IMG/VR virus record: IMGVR_UViG_3300025848_000069 | Span: 1-42,073 of that record | Direction: 5' to 3' (one strand) | Length of the DNA stretch: 42,073 bases | Origin: a virus | Lineage: Duplodnaviria; Caudoviricetes | In this document: in pieces, positions 28,987-36,604 of the stretch | Layout of the letters: each line of letters starts with the position of its first letter | How positions within the stretch are numbered: the stretch's first letter is position 1 | Translations under genes and position numbers: made by a program | The notes under the pieces: model-generated | What the model was told of the DNA's origin: nothing | What the model saw: only the letters and a program-made list of their open reading frames with translations | Database searches by the model: none

Positions 28987-29823
28987 TTAGTGCATCTTGT
29001 TATTGAACTCTCCGCGCACCCACTTCAAGTAGTTTTCTTTGGTCATCGACTCGTTCGCCACATTCGGCGTCGAGTTCGACGGACCATCGATGCGCGGGGG
29101 AGCGGCGCGCTGAACCTGCGCAACCTGCGCAGGAGCCTGTTGCGACGGCATATCGCCATAGACATCGCGGTACATGGCCACAACCATGCGCGGCTCGACG
29201 CCATTGGCAATCATCGTCGTAAGTCGTTCTTCGTCCCACTTGGGGCAGTACGATTGCAGCTTGGCCATCGCCTGGTCATAAGCCACATTCGCCTGCGCCC
29301 ACTCCACATTCTGCCACCGCTGGCTGTGCATCTGAACCGACTGGTTCATCTGCTCAAGCTTGTTCTCCAGCGAACGAATCTGGTCAACCAGCTTCGGGTT
29401 GACCTCCTCGCCCTCGTCCAGCAAACGCTGCAACCAATCGCTCTGCGACTCGTTGGCCTTGGGCGCCGAAGCTTTGGGGTCCGCTTGCACAACCTGCTGG
29501 GTCAGCTTGGACTCAAGCTCGGCCAACTTGTTCTGCATCGTCTCCATGTTCGACAACGCAGTCCGATGCTCCTGCATCAGAGTCTCGTACCGCGACCACG
29601 ACACACGCTGCGGATGACGCTCCACCGCAACCGCCTGACTCTCGCCAGAGGGGGCGGCGAGGTCAGACGGCGCAGTCTCAGCCGAGGGGGTGGCCGAGGA
29701 TTCGGTGGCAGTAGAGGTCGGCTCAGGAGCGGTCACCTCCGGGGCGGGCGCAGCAACAGCAGCGCTAGCCTCAGCAGAAACGTCCTTGAAAATCTGAGCC
29801 ATCGTACCAGCGGGAACAGGCAT
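28987..29823 (-). CDS. capsid scaffolding protein
   Basis: Ala/Pro/acidic N-terminus, PQRVSWSRYETL followed by coiled coil; directly upstream of the MCP. Confidence 0.75.
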   Translation of the reverse strand: MPVPAGTMAQIFKDVSAEASAAVAAPAPEVTAPEPTSTATESSATPSAETAPSDLAAPSGESQAVAVERHPQRVSWSRYETLMQEHRTALSNMETMQNKLAELESKLTQQVVQADPKASAPKANESQSDWLQRLLDEGEEVNPKLVDQIRSLENKLEQMNQSVQMHSQRWQNVEWAQANVAYDQAMAKLQSYCPKWDEERLTTMIANGVEPRMVVAMYRDVYGDMPSQQAPAQVAQVQRAAPPRIDGPSNSTPNVANESMTKENYLKWVRGEFNNKMH

Positions 29824-29866
29824 GGAACCTCCGAGCAGAAGGATGATTTCCTTCAGGTTAGAATTG

Positions 29867-29907
29867 CAACAACTTTCAACACGATACCCAACTTTTTACC
29901 CAACTTT
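29867..29907. repeat. tandem direct repeat TACCCAACTTT x2 plus degenerate copy, upstream of the scaffold/MCP operon
   Basis: Copies at 29885-29895 and 29897-29907; partial CAACAACTTT at 29867-29876. Confidence 0.7.
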
Positions 29908-29915
29908 GCCTTTGA

Positions 29916-31505
29916 TTACTCAAAGAAATCAGAATGTTGATTGTCCGGTGAGAAATCGAACCAATCGTTACGCCCACTTGCCATGGCTCGCTCCAAGTCG
30001 AGCATGTACGCATCTAGCGCGTTCTTTGGTTGCTGCTGCACTTCCGGCGCCTGCTTGGCAGGTAGCGCCTGAACGACGCCGATAAGCGCCAAGCCAAACG
30101 CGATAACCAAGTCATCGTGGCCGTTCTTGGGCGCAGCAGGCTTGCCGCGCTTGTCGTAGCACAGCGCGTTGAGCTGTTTCACCAAGCGGTGGCAACCAAT
30201 GTGCCAGCGGTTGTTGCCGCTCGCGCCTTCGTAGATTTCGCCAAACAGGATGCCGCGAGTTTGTACGTCAGTACGCCAGCCGTGGCGAGGTAGCATGGTG
30301 GGCGACAGGCCGCCAAACGCAGTCATGTGGTACATCGGCACACCTGCGCCACGCAAGAAGTCGCACAGGCCCAAGCCTTCTGCGGCGGTTTCGATGACGG
30401 TCAGCGGCGAGCCGAATGCCTTGATGAGTTCCAAGCACGGGCCTTCGAAGTCACGAGTTGGCTGGCGAATCTCTTGAGTCAGCACGACGCAGCGATCGGT
30501 CAGGTCGATGATGACAAGCCCGGTCGGGTCGCCCTTCTCGCTTGAACCTGGCGAAGGGTCGATGCCGACCACGTACTGGTGCGTTGGATTGTAGGGGTGG
30601 TAGACGATGATGCCGGCCTCGTCGGCGTCTTTGGAATCTCCTACTGGTGTTGGAACCTGGCGACGCAAGTACTTGTCGCCGCTCAGCAGGAACGCTTCTT
30701 CCGGTGTAGTCGGGTGCTCCTGCACCATGAACGGACGCTTGTGCAGCGGCAAAGCGCGGCGCTCTCGCACCCACCAGTTCGCTTCTTGCCGGCCAAGCCC
30801 GTGCAGCTTGATGTATTCTTTCTCGGTCTCCTGAAGCGGACCATCGATACCGGTGAGCGCACGATACTCCTTGTGGTCGCGCCAGCAGAAGAACACTTTC
30901 TGAAACGCGCTCTCCGGGTCGTTCCAGATGTGGTAGAAGTCGTCTTCGCCGCCGGCCGTAGACTCCAGTAGCAGCGTGCCTTCAGGCGCTACCTTGATAG
31001 ACGCCAGCGTTTCGCCAAGGTCGTCGTAGTCTCGGACTTCGGACAAGTGCGCGAAGTTCAGCGGCATCGAACGCAGCACGGCTGAGTTCGCGGTGACGAA
31101 CAGCATCTGCGAGCCATTGGCAAACAGAATCTGGTGGTCGTTCTGCCGGTCGATTGGCATCAGCTCGGCAAGAATTTCGTTGCCCTTGTACAGGTTGTAC
31201 GCGGTCAGCGACATCTGACGAGCATTGAAGTCTGATTGCATACCTACTGCGCAGATGGCGCCAGGTTTGAACAAGCACAAGCGAATCTGCCAGACCAAGC
31301 AGATGGTGGTAATCCACATCTGGCGTCCCTTCAGGAACACCAGCTTTTGATTGTTGCTGAGTGCTTCAAGTGCTAGCTGCTGCGGCACCGAGACGCGAAA
31401 GTCTACTTCAGTTCGGTCTTTGTTCTTGATGCGAAAGCATTCGGCGAACGCCCTGGGAGACGCTGCCCACTGCTCGAGCAAGAAGTCGATATCGTGGTCA
31501 CTCAT
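29916..31505 (-). CDS. terL: terminase large subunit
   Basis: LKGRQMWITT (Walker A region), AHLSE (Walker B), LLESTAGG (motif III), VGIDPSPG and HDDLVIA (RNase H-like nuclease); start MSDHDID. Confidence 0.9.
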   Translation of the reverse strand: MSDHDIDFLLEQWAASPRAFAECFRIKNKDRTEVDFRVSVPQQLALEALSNNQKLVFLKGRQMWITTICLVWQIRLCLFKPGAICAVGMQSDFNARQMSLTAYNLYKGNEILAELMPIDRQNDHQILFANGSQMLFVTANSAVLRSMPLNFAHLSEVRDYDDLGETLASIKVAPEGTLLLESTAGGEDDFYHIWNDPESAFQKVFFCWRDHKEYRALTGIDGPLQETEKEYIKLHGLGRQEANWWVRERRALPLHKRPFMVQEHPTTPEEAFLLSGDKYLRRQVPTPVGDSKDADEAGIIVYHPYNPTHQYVVGIDPSPGSSEKGDPTGLVIIDLTDRCVVLTQEIRQPTRDFEGPCLELIKAFGSPLTVIETAAEGLGLCDFLRGAGVPMYHMTAFGGLSPTMLPRHGWRTDVQTRGILFGEIYEGASGNNRWHIGCHRLVKQLNALCYDKRGKPAAPKNGHDDLVIAFGLALIGVVQALPAKQAPEVQQQPKNALDAYMLDLERAMASGRNDWFDFSPDNQHSDFFE

Positions 31506-31866
31506 CGTCACCCTCTGGTGTGATGTCCACAATAGTCCTTTGACGCTTGCGTTCGGCTTCAATAGCGGAGGCGGCCTTCTCTAGAGCAATGCGCACTCGA
31601 TCGGTGGGTCCGGTCTTCTTGGGGCCGGCTGCCTTTGAGTTCATGTTGGCCATGACCGAGAAGACCGAAGCGGCAGCTTTGTGGTCTGGTCTATCCTGAG
31701 CCACCGCGTCTTTTAACAAGGCCATTCCAATAATGTTCAGATCGCTCAGCGATAGTTTTGAATGGGAACGGGTAAGCGCAAAGGATGCAAGGTCGGTGCC
31801 CTTCAGGGCTGGTAGCTCCAAGGCACCGTCTTCGGACTGCGCCCGCCGCAACACCATCGGGTCCAT
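31498..31866 (-). CDS. terminase small subunit candidate
   Basis: Overlaps the terL start; helical, ends in IVDITPEGDDE; start MDPMV chosen from the GAGG RBS. Confidence 0.55.
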   Translation of the reverse strand: MDPMVLRRAQSEDGALELPALKGTDLASFALTRSHSKLSLSDLNIIGMALLKDAVAQDRPDHKAAASVFSVMANMNSKAAGPKKTGPTDRVRIALEKAASAIEAERKRQRTIVDITPEGDDE

Positions 31867-32419
31867 CGCCTCGATTGATTCCGTCGAGGAAGATCGATCG
31901 CCGGTAGTTGATTTCTGCCCTGCTGATTCGTTCGTTCCGGTACTCGAAAATTTGTGTTGATGACCATATAAAGAGACGGTAGTGCCATTGTTTTCGTTGT
32001 TCGATGCTGGCTTTGCAGTGTTGAACGAGGTGTTCTGCGAAGACGAGGTAGGTGTAGTTCCGGTGTTCTCGGTCTCTTTCATTGCGTTTCCCCCAATCAC
32101 CCAAGTACTGCGCCATCAGCACTCGTCTTGTCTTCAACTTACGCTTGCCACGCGGCGTTAGCACGGGCAATCCATACTCCTTCCAAAGCGCAATCACCTC
32201 GTCGAACTTGCTTTGAGGTGCCGCCCGTGCGCCTGCCAAAACCTTGTAGTGAGCATCGCTAATCAAGTCGTAGTATCGAAATGCTGCCCACGGACCTACA
32301 TCACACTCCAGAGCCACAAACGAATCCGCCATGTGCGGGATTTCCAGCTTCGCTATCTCGTCGACATACCGCAGACAGTGCCTGATGTAGTCTTGCGTGT
32401 ACCCTGTCTTCCCGTACAT
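31691..32419 (-). CDS. hypothetical protein
   Basis: TAATG coupling to the upstream gene; 3' end overlaps the terS candidate. Confidence 0.55.
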   Translation of the reverse strand: MYGKTGYTQDYIRHCLRYVDEIAKLEIPHMADSFVALECDVGPWAAFRYYDLISDAHYKVLAGARAAPQSKFDEVIALWKEYGLPVLTPRGKRKLKTRRVLMAQYLGDWGKRNERDREHRNYTYLVFAEHLVQHCKASIEQRKQWHYRLFIWSSTQIFEYRNERISRAEINYRRSIFLDGINRGDGPDGVAAGAVRRRCLGATSPEGHRPCILCAYPFPFKTIAERSEHYWNGLVKRRGGSG

Positions 32420-33006
32420 TAGCCGATTGCCTCAATCATCCTTGTTGCTTCAAACAACGCTTGTCGCCACTGCTGCAATCCTTCGGCCCGGTGCTTCTTG
32501 CGCAAGCGCAAGTTGCGGACCAGGCCATCGCAGTAAAACCACTTGACGCCAAGCACGATTCCTGGCGAGCAATCCTTCTGCATGTTGACGCGCATCAGCA
32601 CGTTGCAGAAGTGCGTCAGCATGTCCAAGCCCTCGATGTCCACCAAGTCGTCTGCTTTGTACTGGTGACAAGTCTCCATGGTCTTGGTGGCTAGTGTCTT
32701 GATGGCCGTGAACGTGTTGTCCGAGATGTGGTCCATGTCGGCAGAGTTCAGCTTGGCCACCTTGCCGTGACGCTTGCCCCAGCGATCGTGGCCAAGCTCG
32801 ATGCCGCTGTAGTCAATCCACGAACGGATGATGCCCTGCACCGCCACACGCAGGTTGTTGAGTTCTTCGGTGATGCGCGAGACGCCGACATCAACCTCGT
32901 CGTCCTCACCAAGCGGAACGCCGTCTTCAACCGCGAACACGCCTTGGCCGTCCGCTGCCATGTGCAGCGTATTCTTGACCGGCATGTGCTGGTACTTACG
33001 CGACAT
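32419..33006 (-). CDS. hypothetical protein
   Basis: AGGAGG RBS before MSRKYQH. Confidence 0.6.
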   Translation of the reverse strand: MSRKYQHMPVKNTLHMAADGQGVFAVEDGVPLGEDDEVDVGVSRITEELNNLRVAVQGIIRSWIDYSGIELGHDRWGKRHGKVAKLNSADMDHISDNTFTAIKTLATKTMETCHQYKADDLVDIEGLDMLTHFCNVLMRVNMQKDCSPGIVLGVKWFYCDGLVRNLRLRKKHRAEGLQQWRQALFEATRMIEAIG

Positions 33007-33487
33007 CGGCTTCCTCCTTCTTTGGCTTCCTGCCACCAAAGCTGTAGTAGCCCCACGACTCTCGGCTAATCTTGTTCTCGTTCACCAGTGCGCCCAACGC
33101 TTCGTCGATGGTGTCTTGGCTGTAGCCACGGTCTGCCATGGCCAGCACAATGTCGCCGCGCTTGGCACGGGTGTTGTCTTCCAAGAACTTCAAGGTAATA
33201 TCTTTTGCGTTAACCGGCTGCTCGGCATTAGCAGTTGAAACTACACGACGATTGTAATCATCGTCCCACGGGCAGTTCTCCTCGCTACCACGCTCTCGCC
33301 GAAAAGCATCGCGAGCACGACGAATCAAAAGGCGCATACGCACGCGAGCATCGCCACCGCGACGAAAGCGCAGTACGTAGTCGCAGTGGGCCATGGAGAT
33401 GTAGTCGTCCAGCGTCCAGCTAACAGGACCACCACTATCAATGCCGCACTGTCGCAGCAGCTCCAAATCCTTTTGATCGTAGTTCAC
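32996..33487 (-). CDS. hypothetical protein with possible C-terminal winged helix
   Basis: AGGAG RBS, GTG start; C-terminal DITLKFL...SQDTIDEALGALVNENKISRESWGYY resembles a wHTH. Confidence 0.55.
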   Translation of the reverse strand: MNYDQKDLELLRQCGIDSGGPVSWTLDDYISMAHCDYVLRFRRGGDARVRMRLLIRRARDAFRRERGSEENCPWDDDYNRRVVSTANAEQPVNAKDITLKFLEDNTRAKRGDIVLAMADRGYSQDTIDEALGALVNENKISRESWGYYSFGGRKPKKEEADVA

Positions 33488-33984
33488 GACATCTCCTCCT
33501 TGTGCTTCAAGTCTTCCAGTAGCTCGGTCAGGTTCTTTCTCGCCAACTCTTCCATCATCTTGCGACCTGGACCCTGCAATGCTTCAAGTGCTCGCTGATG
33601 ACACTCGATAACTAGCGCCGGCCAGCCGTCATCGTCGCGCTCTTCATAGCGCCTGGGTGCGCCACGGTCAGGAACACCTATGCTCGCGGTACACAATACG
33701 ATCGGAATCCCCATGTGCCGGTAGCGCACGCTGACCGAGATGAACGCTTTCTCATCTACCACAGCAAGCGCTTGGTACATGGCGATCATCTCCTCATGCG
33801 TCCACGAAGTCGTGATTTCCAACGGACGCCGGTCAGTAATCGCCCCCTCGCGACCAGCAATCTCCCATGCCACCGTGTAATACCGGCCAGCAAACCCAGG
33901 CGAGGGTTCTTCCGCGTTGGCGAACACGTCACCAACTTGGCCGGGAGGTAGTGGCTGGTCCTGTTCGTCCAAATCCCCAAACAT
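33484..33984 (-). CDS. hypothetical protein
   Basis: Start MFGDLDEQ just downstream of a leftward promoter; coupled to the next gene. Confidence 0.55.
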   Translation of the reverse strand: MFGDLDEQDQPLPPGQVGDVFANAEEPSPGFAGRYYTVAWEIAGREGAITDRRPLEITTSWTHEEMIAMYQALAVVDEKAFISVSVRYRHMGIPIVLCTASIGVPDRGAPRRYEERDDDGWPALVIECHQRALEALQGPGRKMMEELARKNLTELLEDLKHKEEMS

Positions 33985-33992
33985 GCACACGC

Positions 33993-34070
33993 ACCTTAGC
34001 GCACGTTTGTACCCATTGGCAAGCGGGTTTGTGCAAAAGGGTTGACAGCCCGTCCAAAGGGGTGCAATCT
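33993..34070. promoter_or_regulatory. divergent promoter pair
   Basis: Leftward TTGCCA-18-TAAGGT (34022-33993); rightward TTGACA-17-CAATCT (34042-34070). Confidence 0.55.
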
Positions 34071-34088
34071 GGGGCGCGGAGGTGAGAG

Positions 34089-34268
34089 ATGGAACTGGTA
34101 TCGGAGCAAGACGCAGCAAAGTTGCTGGGGGTTAGCGAAACGACGGTGCGCCGGTGGGTGCAACGCAAGATTCTGACGGTTTACCACACGCCGACCCGTC
34201 GTCGGCGCTACAAGATGGCTGACCTCAAGCGTTTTCAGAACACAATCACGCCTGTGGAGGTAAAATGA
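34089..34268 (+). CDS. MerR-like / excisionase-type HTH protein (59 aa; not in the ORF track)
   Basis: Manual translation MELVSEQDAAKLLGVSETTVRRWVQRKILTVYHTPTRRRRYKMADLKRF; GGAGGT RBS. Confidence 0.85.
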   Translation: MELVSEQDAAKLLGVSETTVRRWVQRKILTVYHTPTRRRRYKMADLKRFQNTITPVEVK

Positions 34269-34930
34269 CTCGCGTTGTTGCGTATCTTCGCGTTTCTTCG
34301 GCTGAGCAGGCGAACTCTGGCTTGGGTTTGGCTGCGCAAGAGGAGAAAATCCGCGCATACGCCAAGCTTTACGACTTGGAGGTCGTAGCTTTTGAGGTCG
34401 ACGCTGGTATTTCCGCCAAAACCATGGAGCGGCCCGCGCTCTTGCGTGCGCTTGCCATGCTTGGCAACGGTGCTGACGGCTTGCTTGTGGCCAAGCTCGA
34501 CCGTTTGACCCGCAGCGTGCAAGACTTGGGCGCGATTCTGCGCAAGTATTTTGTAAGTAGCACTTACACGTTGTTCTCGGTCAGCGACCAGGTCGATACG
34601 CGCAGCGCTTCTGGTCGGCTGGTGCTCAATATCTTGGCGTCCGTCTCCGAATGGGAGCGCGAAATCATCGCCGAGCGCACCAAGGCAGCACTTGGCGTGC
34701 TGAAGTCCAGCGGCAAGCGGGCTGGCAATGTGCCGCTGGGCAAGAAGGCGCTGGCTGACGGTACGCTTGTGGAGTGCGAGGAGACTCGCGGGGCTATCCG
34801 TACTGCCAAGACGTTGCGCAAAGCCAAGAAGAGCTGGAGCGAGATTGCCACCATGCTCAATCGCGACTACCGCACGCAGACTGGCGGACTATTCAACATC
34901 ACGTCCGCTCGCCGATACGCGCTGGCCTAG
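34265..34930 (+). CDS. serine recombinase (resolvase domain + short C-terminal DNA-binding region)
   Basis: AYLRVSS (catalytic Ser), DAGISAKTMERPAL, VAKLDRLTRS, EWEREIIAERT. Confidence 0.95.
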   Translation: MTRVVAYLRVSSAEQANSGLGLAAQEEKIRAYAKLYDLEVVAFEVDAGISAKTMERPALLRALAMLGNGADGLLVAKLDRLTRSVQDLGAILRKYFVSSTYTLFSVSDQVDTRSASGRLVLNILASVSEWEREIIAERTKAALGVLKSSGKRAGNVPLGKKALADGTLVECEETRGAIRTAKTLRKAKKSWSEIATMLNRDYRTQTGGLFNITSARRYALA

Positions 34931-34967
34931 AAACACTGAAGCCCGGCTGGCGAACCAACCGGGCCTC
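34928..34967 (-). terminator. intrinsic terminator-like hairpin between convergent genes
   Basis: Minus strand GAGGCCCGGTTGG-TTCG-CCAGCCGGGCTTC (13-bp stem with GU pairs, UUCG loop); weak U-tail. Confidence 0.65.
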
Positions 34968-34988
34968 AGGCGATCCCCCATCGAGATA

Positions 34989-35288
34989 CTACAACTCGAT
35001 GATCGGCGGTTCAAGCTCGGAGCTTGCGGCCAGGCGATAGTCACCCTGACTGCCGGCGTCACCGCCGATGGTCAACACGGTAGCCTCGCTCAGGCCGGTC
35101 ACCACGCGCTGCTTGCCGGCCTTGACCGTGAACTTCGTGCCGTTGTCCAGCGTCAGCAGATGGGTGTTCGCGCTATCGTTCATGTAAACGAGAGACTGCG
35201 CCCCATAGCCGCCAAGCTGCGACTTGAAGTTAAAGGTCTGCGCCACATTGGCAGCCAGGGTATCTTCCTTGGCAGCAAAGTAAGCCAT
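34989..35288 (-). CDS. small beta-sandwich virion-type protein (paralog of the N-terminal domain of 35300-36037)
   Basis: GGAGG RBS; MAYFAAKEDTL...VAQTFNFK...IGGDAGS. Confidence 0.7.
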   Translation of the reverse strand: MAYFAAKEDTLAANVAQTFNFKSQLGGYGAQSLVYMNDSANTHLLTLDNGTKFTVKAGKQRVVTGLSEATVLTIGGDAGSQGDYRLAASSELEPPIIEL

Positions 35289-35299
35289 GAAAACCTCCG

Positions 35300-36037
35300 T
35301 TAGGCGACCTTCATCAGCGTGAGCACCACGCGCGAAGCGCAACTGCCACCACCCTGAACACGAACCACTTGAAGATCTGCGGCGCTGGCAACAACACCGT
35401 TCAGAATTGAGGCGGCATAAACCGTATTACCGGCAGCATTGCTGGTTGCGGTCATAGTGTCGGTAATCACAGCGGCGCCACCAGCGGTCTTGACCTGAAT
35501 CTTGGTATTGCCCGAAGAAGGAGTACCGGTAAACGTTACAGACGCGCCAATAATTTCATGCTTTCCAGTCAAACTGGTGTACGCCAGCGGAGTCGCGCCA
35601 TCAGCCACATCCAACACCAGCGTCTCGACCGGGAACGGGGTCGAAAGCGCACCAGCCGAAGCAACGTGCGCACCCACCGCCAGCTTCGCATCGGTCACCG
35701 CGCCATCGGCAATGCCAGTCGTGCCGACCGGACCACCATACGGCTTGTAGAACAACGGAGCCGGCTCATCCGACGAGGCGTAGCAGCGATACGCGCCAGT
35801 CGAGCCAGCGTCGCCGCCGATGATCAGCACGTCCCAGTTCTGCACACCGCTCAGCACGCGCTGCTCACCAGGCAGAACCGAGATGGTCTGACCGTCGATC
35901 GTCAGCTTGTGGGTCGCAGCCGAATCGTCGTTGCTGTACACCAGCGACGAAGCGTTGACGCCAAGAGCCTGCTTGAAATTGAAAGTCTGGGCAACGCCTA
36001 CACCGAGCGTTCCCTCCTTAGAAGCAAAATTAGCCAT
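35300..36037 (-). CDS. two-domain decoration/fibre-like virion protein
   Basis: AGGAG RBS; IADGAVTDAKLA fibre-type linker between two beta domains. Confidence 0.7.
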   Translation of the reverse strand: MANFASKEGTLGVGVAQTFNFKQALGVNASSLVYSNDDSAATHKLTIDGQTISVLPGEQRVLSGVQNWDVLIIGGDAGSTGAYRCYASSDEPAPLFYKPYGGPVGTTGIADGAVTDAKLAVGAHVASAGALSTPFPVETLVLDVADGATPLAYTSLTGKHEIIGASVTFTGTPSSGNTKIQVKTAGGAAVITDTMTATSNAAGNTVYAASILNGVVASAADLQVVRVQGGGSCASRVVLTLMKVA

Positions 36038-36082
36038 TGTCTATTCTCCTAGTGTGAGGGGCCGAACTGCCGGCGTGAAGCA

Positions 36083-36112
36083 CGCTTGCCACAAACCCAA
36101 TGTTAATGTCAA
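36083..36112 (-). promoter_or_regulatory. possible promoter for 36037
   Basis: Perfect TTGACA overlapping the upstream stop codon; weak -10 (TGG-CAAGCG). Confidence 0.3.
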
Positions 36113-36267
36113 GCTTTTTTCTTCATCTTCGCCAAGCGTTCCTTGGCGATATCCTTCATCACATGCTCAGGCAACTTGCCAGCGGGAGTTTCCTTTTCCC
36201 AACGCTTGGCAATCTCCGGGTGCTTGGCGTACATAAACCCGCGCTGAGCCTGCGACTTGAAGGGCAT
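36109..36267 (-). CDS. small basic phage protein (52 aa; not in the ORF track)
   Basis: Manual translation MPFKSQAQRGFMYAKHPEIAKRWEKETPAGKLPEHVMKDIAKERLAKMKKKA; the MPFKS..QR.....HPEIAKRW type is recalled from environmental phages; AAGGAG RBS. Confidence 0.75.
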   Translation of the reverse strand: MPFKSQAQRGFMYAKHPEIAKRWEKETPAGKLPEHVMKDIAKERLAKMKKKA

Positions 36268-36268
36268 C

Positions 36269-36604
36269 TTACTTCTCCTTCATCTTCTTGAGCCGGTCGC
36301 CAGCGATACTCTTGGCCCACGACCGGCCAGCATCGCCGCCCCACAGCAACCAGGCTTGCTCACCCTTGCTGCCTTCGCCCCAGCCCTCGCCCTGCTTGTC
36401 CACTTCATGGCGGGCAAAGAAACTGTTCATGCGGGCAGCAGTCGCCTCCGAAACCGGCTGGCGATTGGCCAACTGCTTGGCTCGCGCAATGCCGACCTCA
36501 GTCCCGCCGCGATTGCTGGGCGATTGTTCTTCGCGCATCTCCAGACCACGGCGAGCCGCAGATGCAACAGACGACGGTGGGATGTGCGTAGTATCTTTAG
36601 CCAT
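36269..36604 (-). CDS. stand-alone copy of a phage head-associated domain
   Basis: PP...AARRGLE..RGGTEVGIARAKQLA..RMNSFFARHEVDK..AWLLWGGDAGRSWA, recalled as a domain of phage head-morphogenesis/prohead proteins. Confidence 0.7.
   Translation of the reverse strand: MAKDTTHIPPSSVASAARRGLEMREEQSPSNRGGTEVGIARAKQLANRQPVSEATAARMNSFFARHEVDKQGEGWGEGSKGEQAWLLWGGDAGRSWAKSIAGDRLKKMKEK

Noticed and set aside
27925-29940. 671-aa plus-strand ORF
   Set aside because: Antisense shadow of the codon-biased MCP and scaffold genes; R/V/H-rich with no motifs
31867-32100. Ser/Thr/Asn-rich N-terminal extension of the terS ORF
   Set aside because: Composition typical of an off-frame reading of the overlapping gene; a better RBS precedes Met 31866
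34040-34970. Complete IS607 element or tail-fibre invertase cassette
   Set aside because: No tnpB, no recognisable element ends, no flanking inverted crossover sites or inverted alternative fibre genes seen
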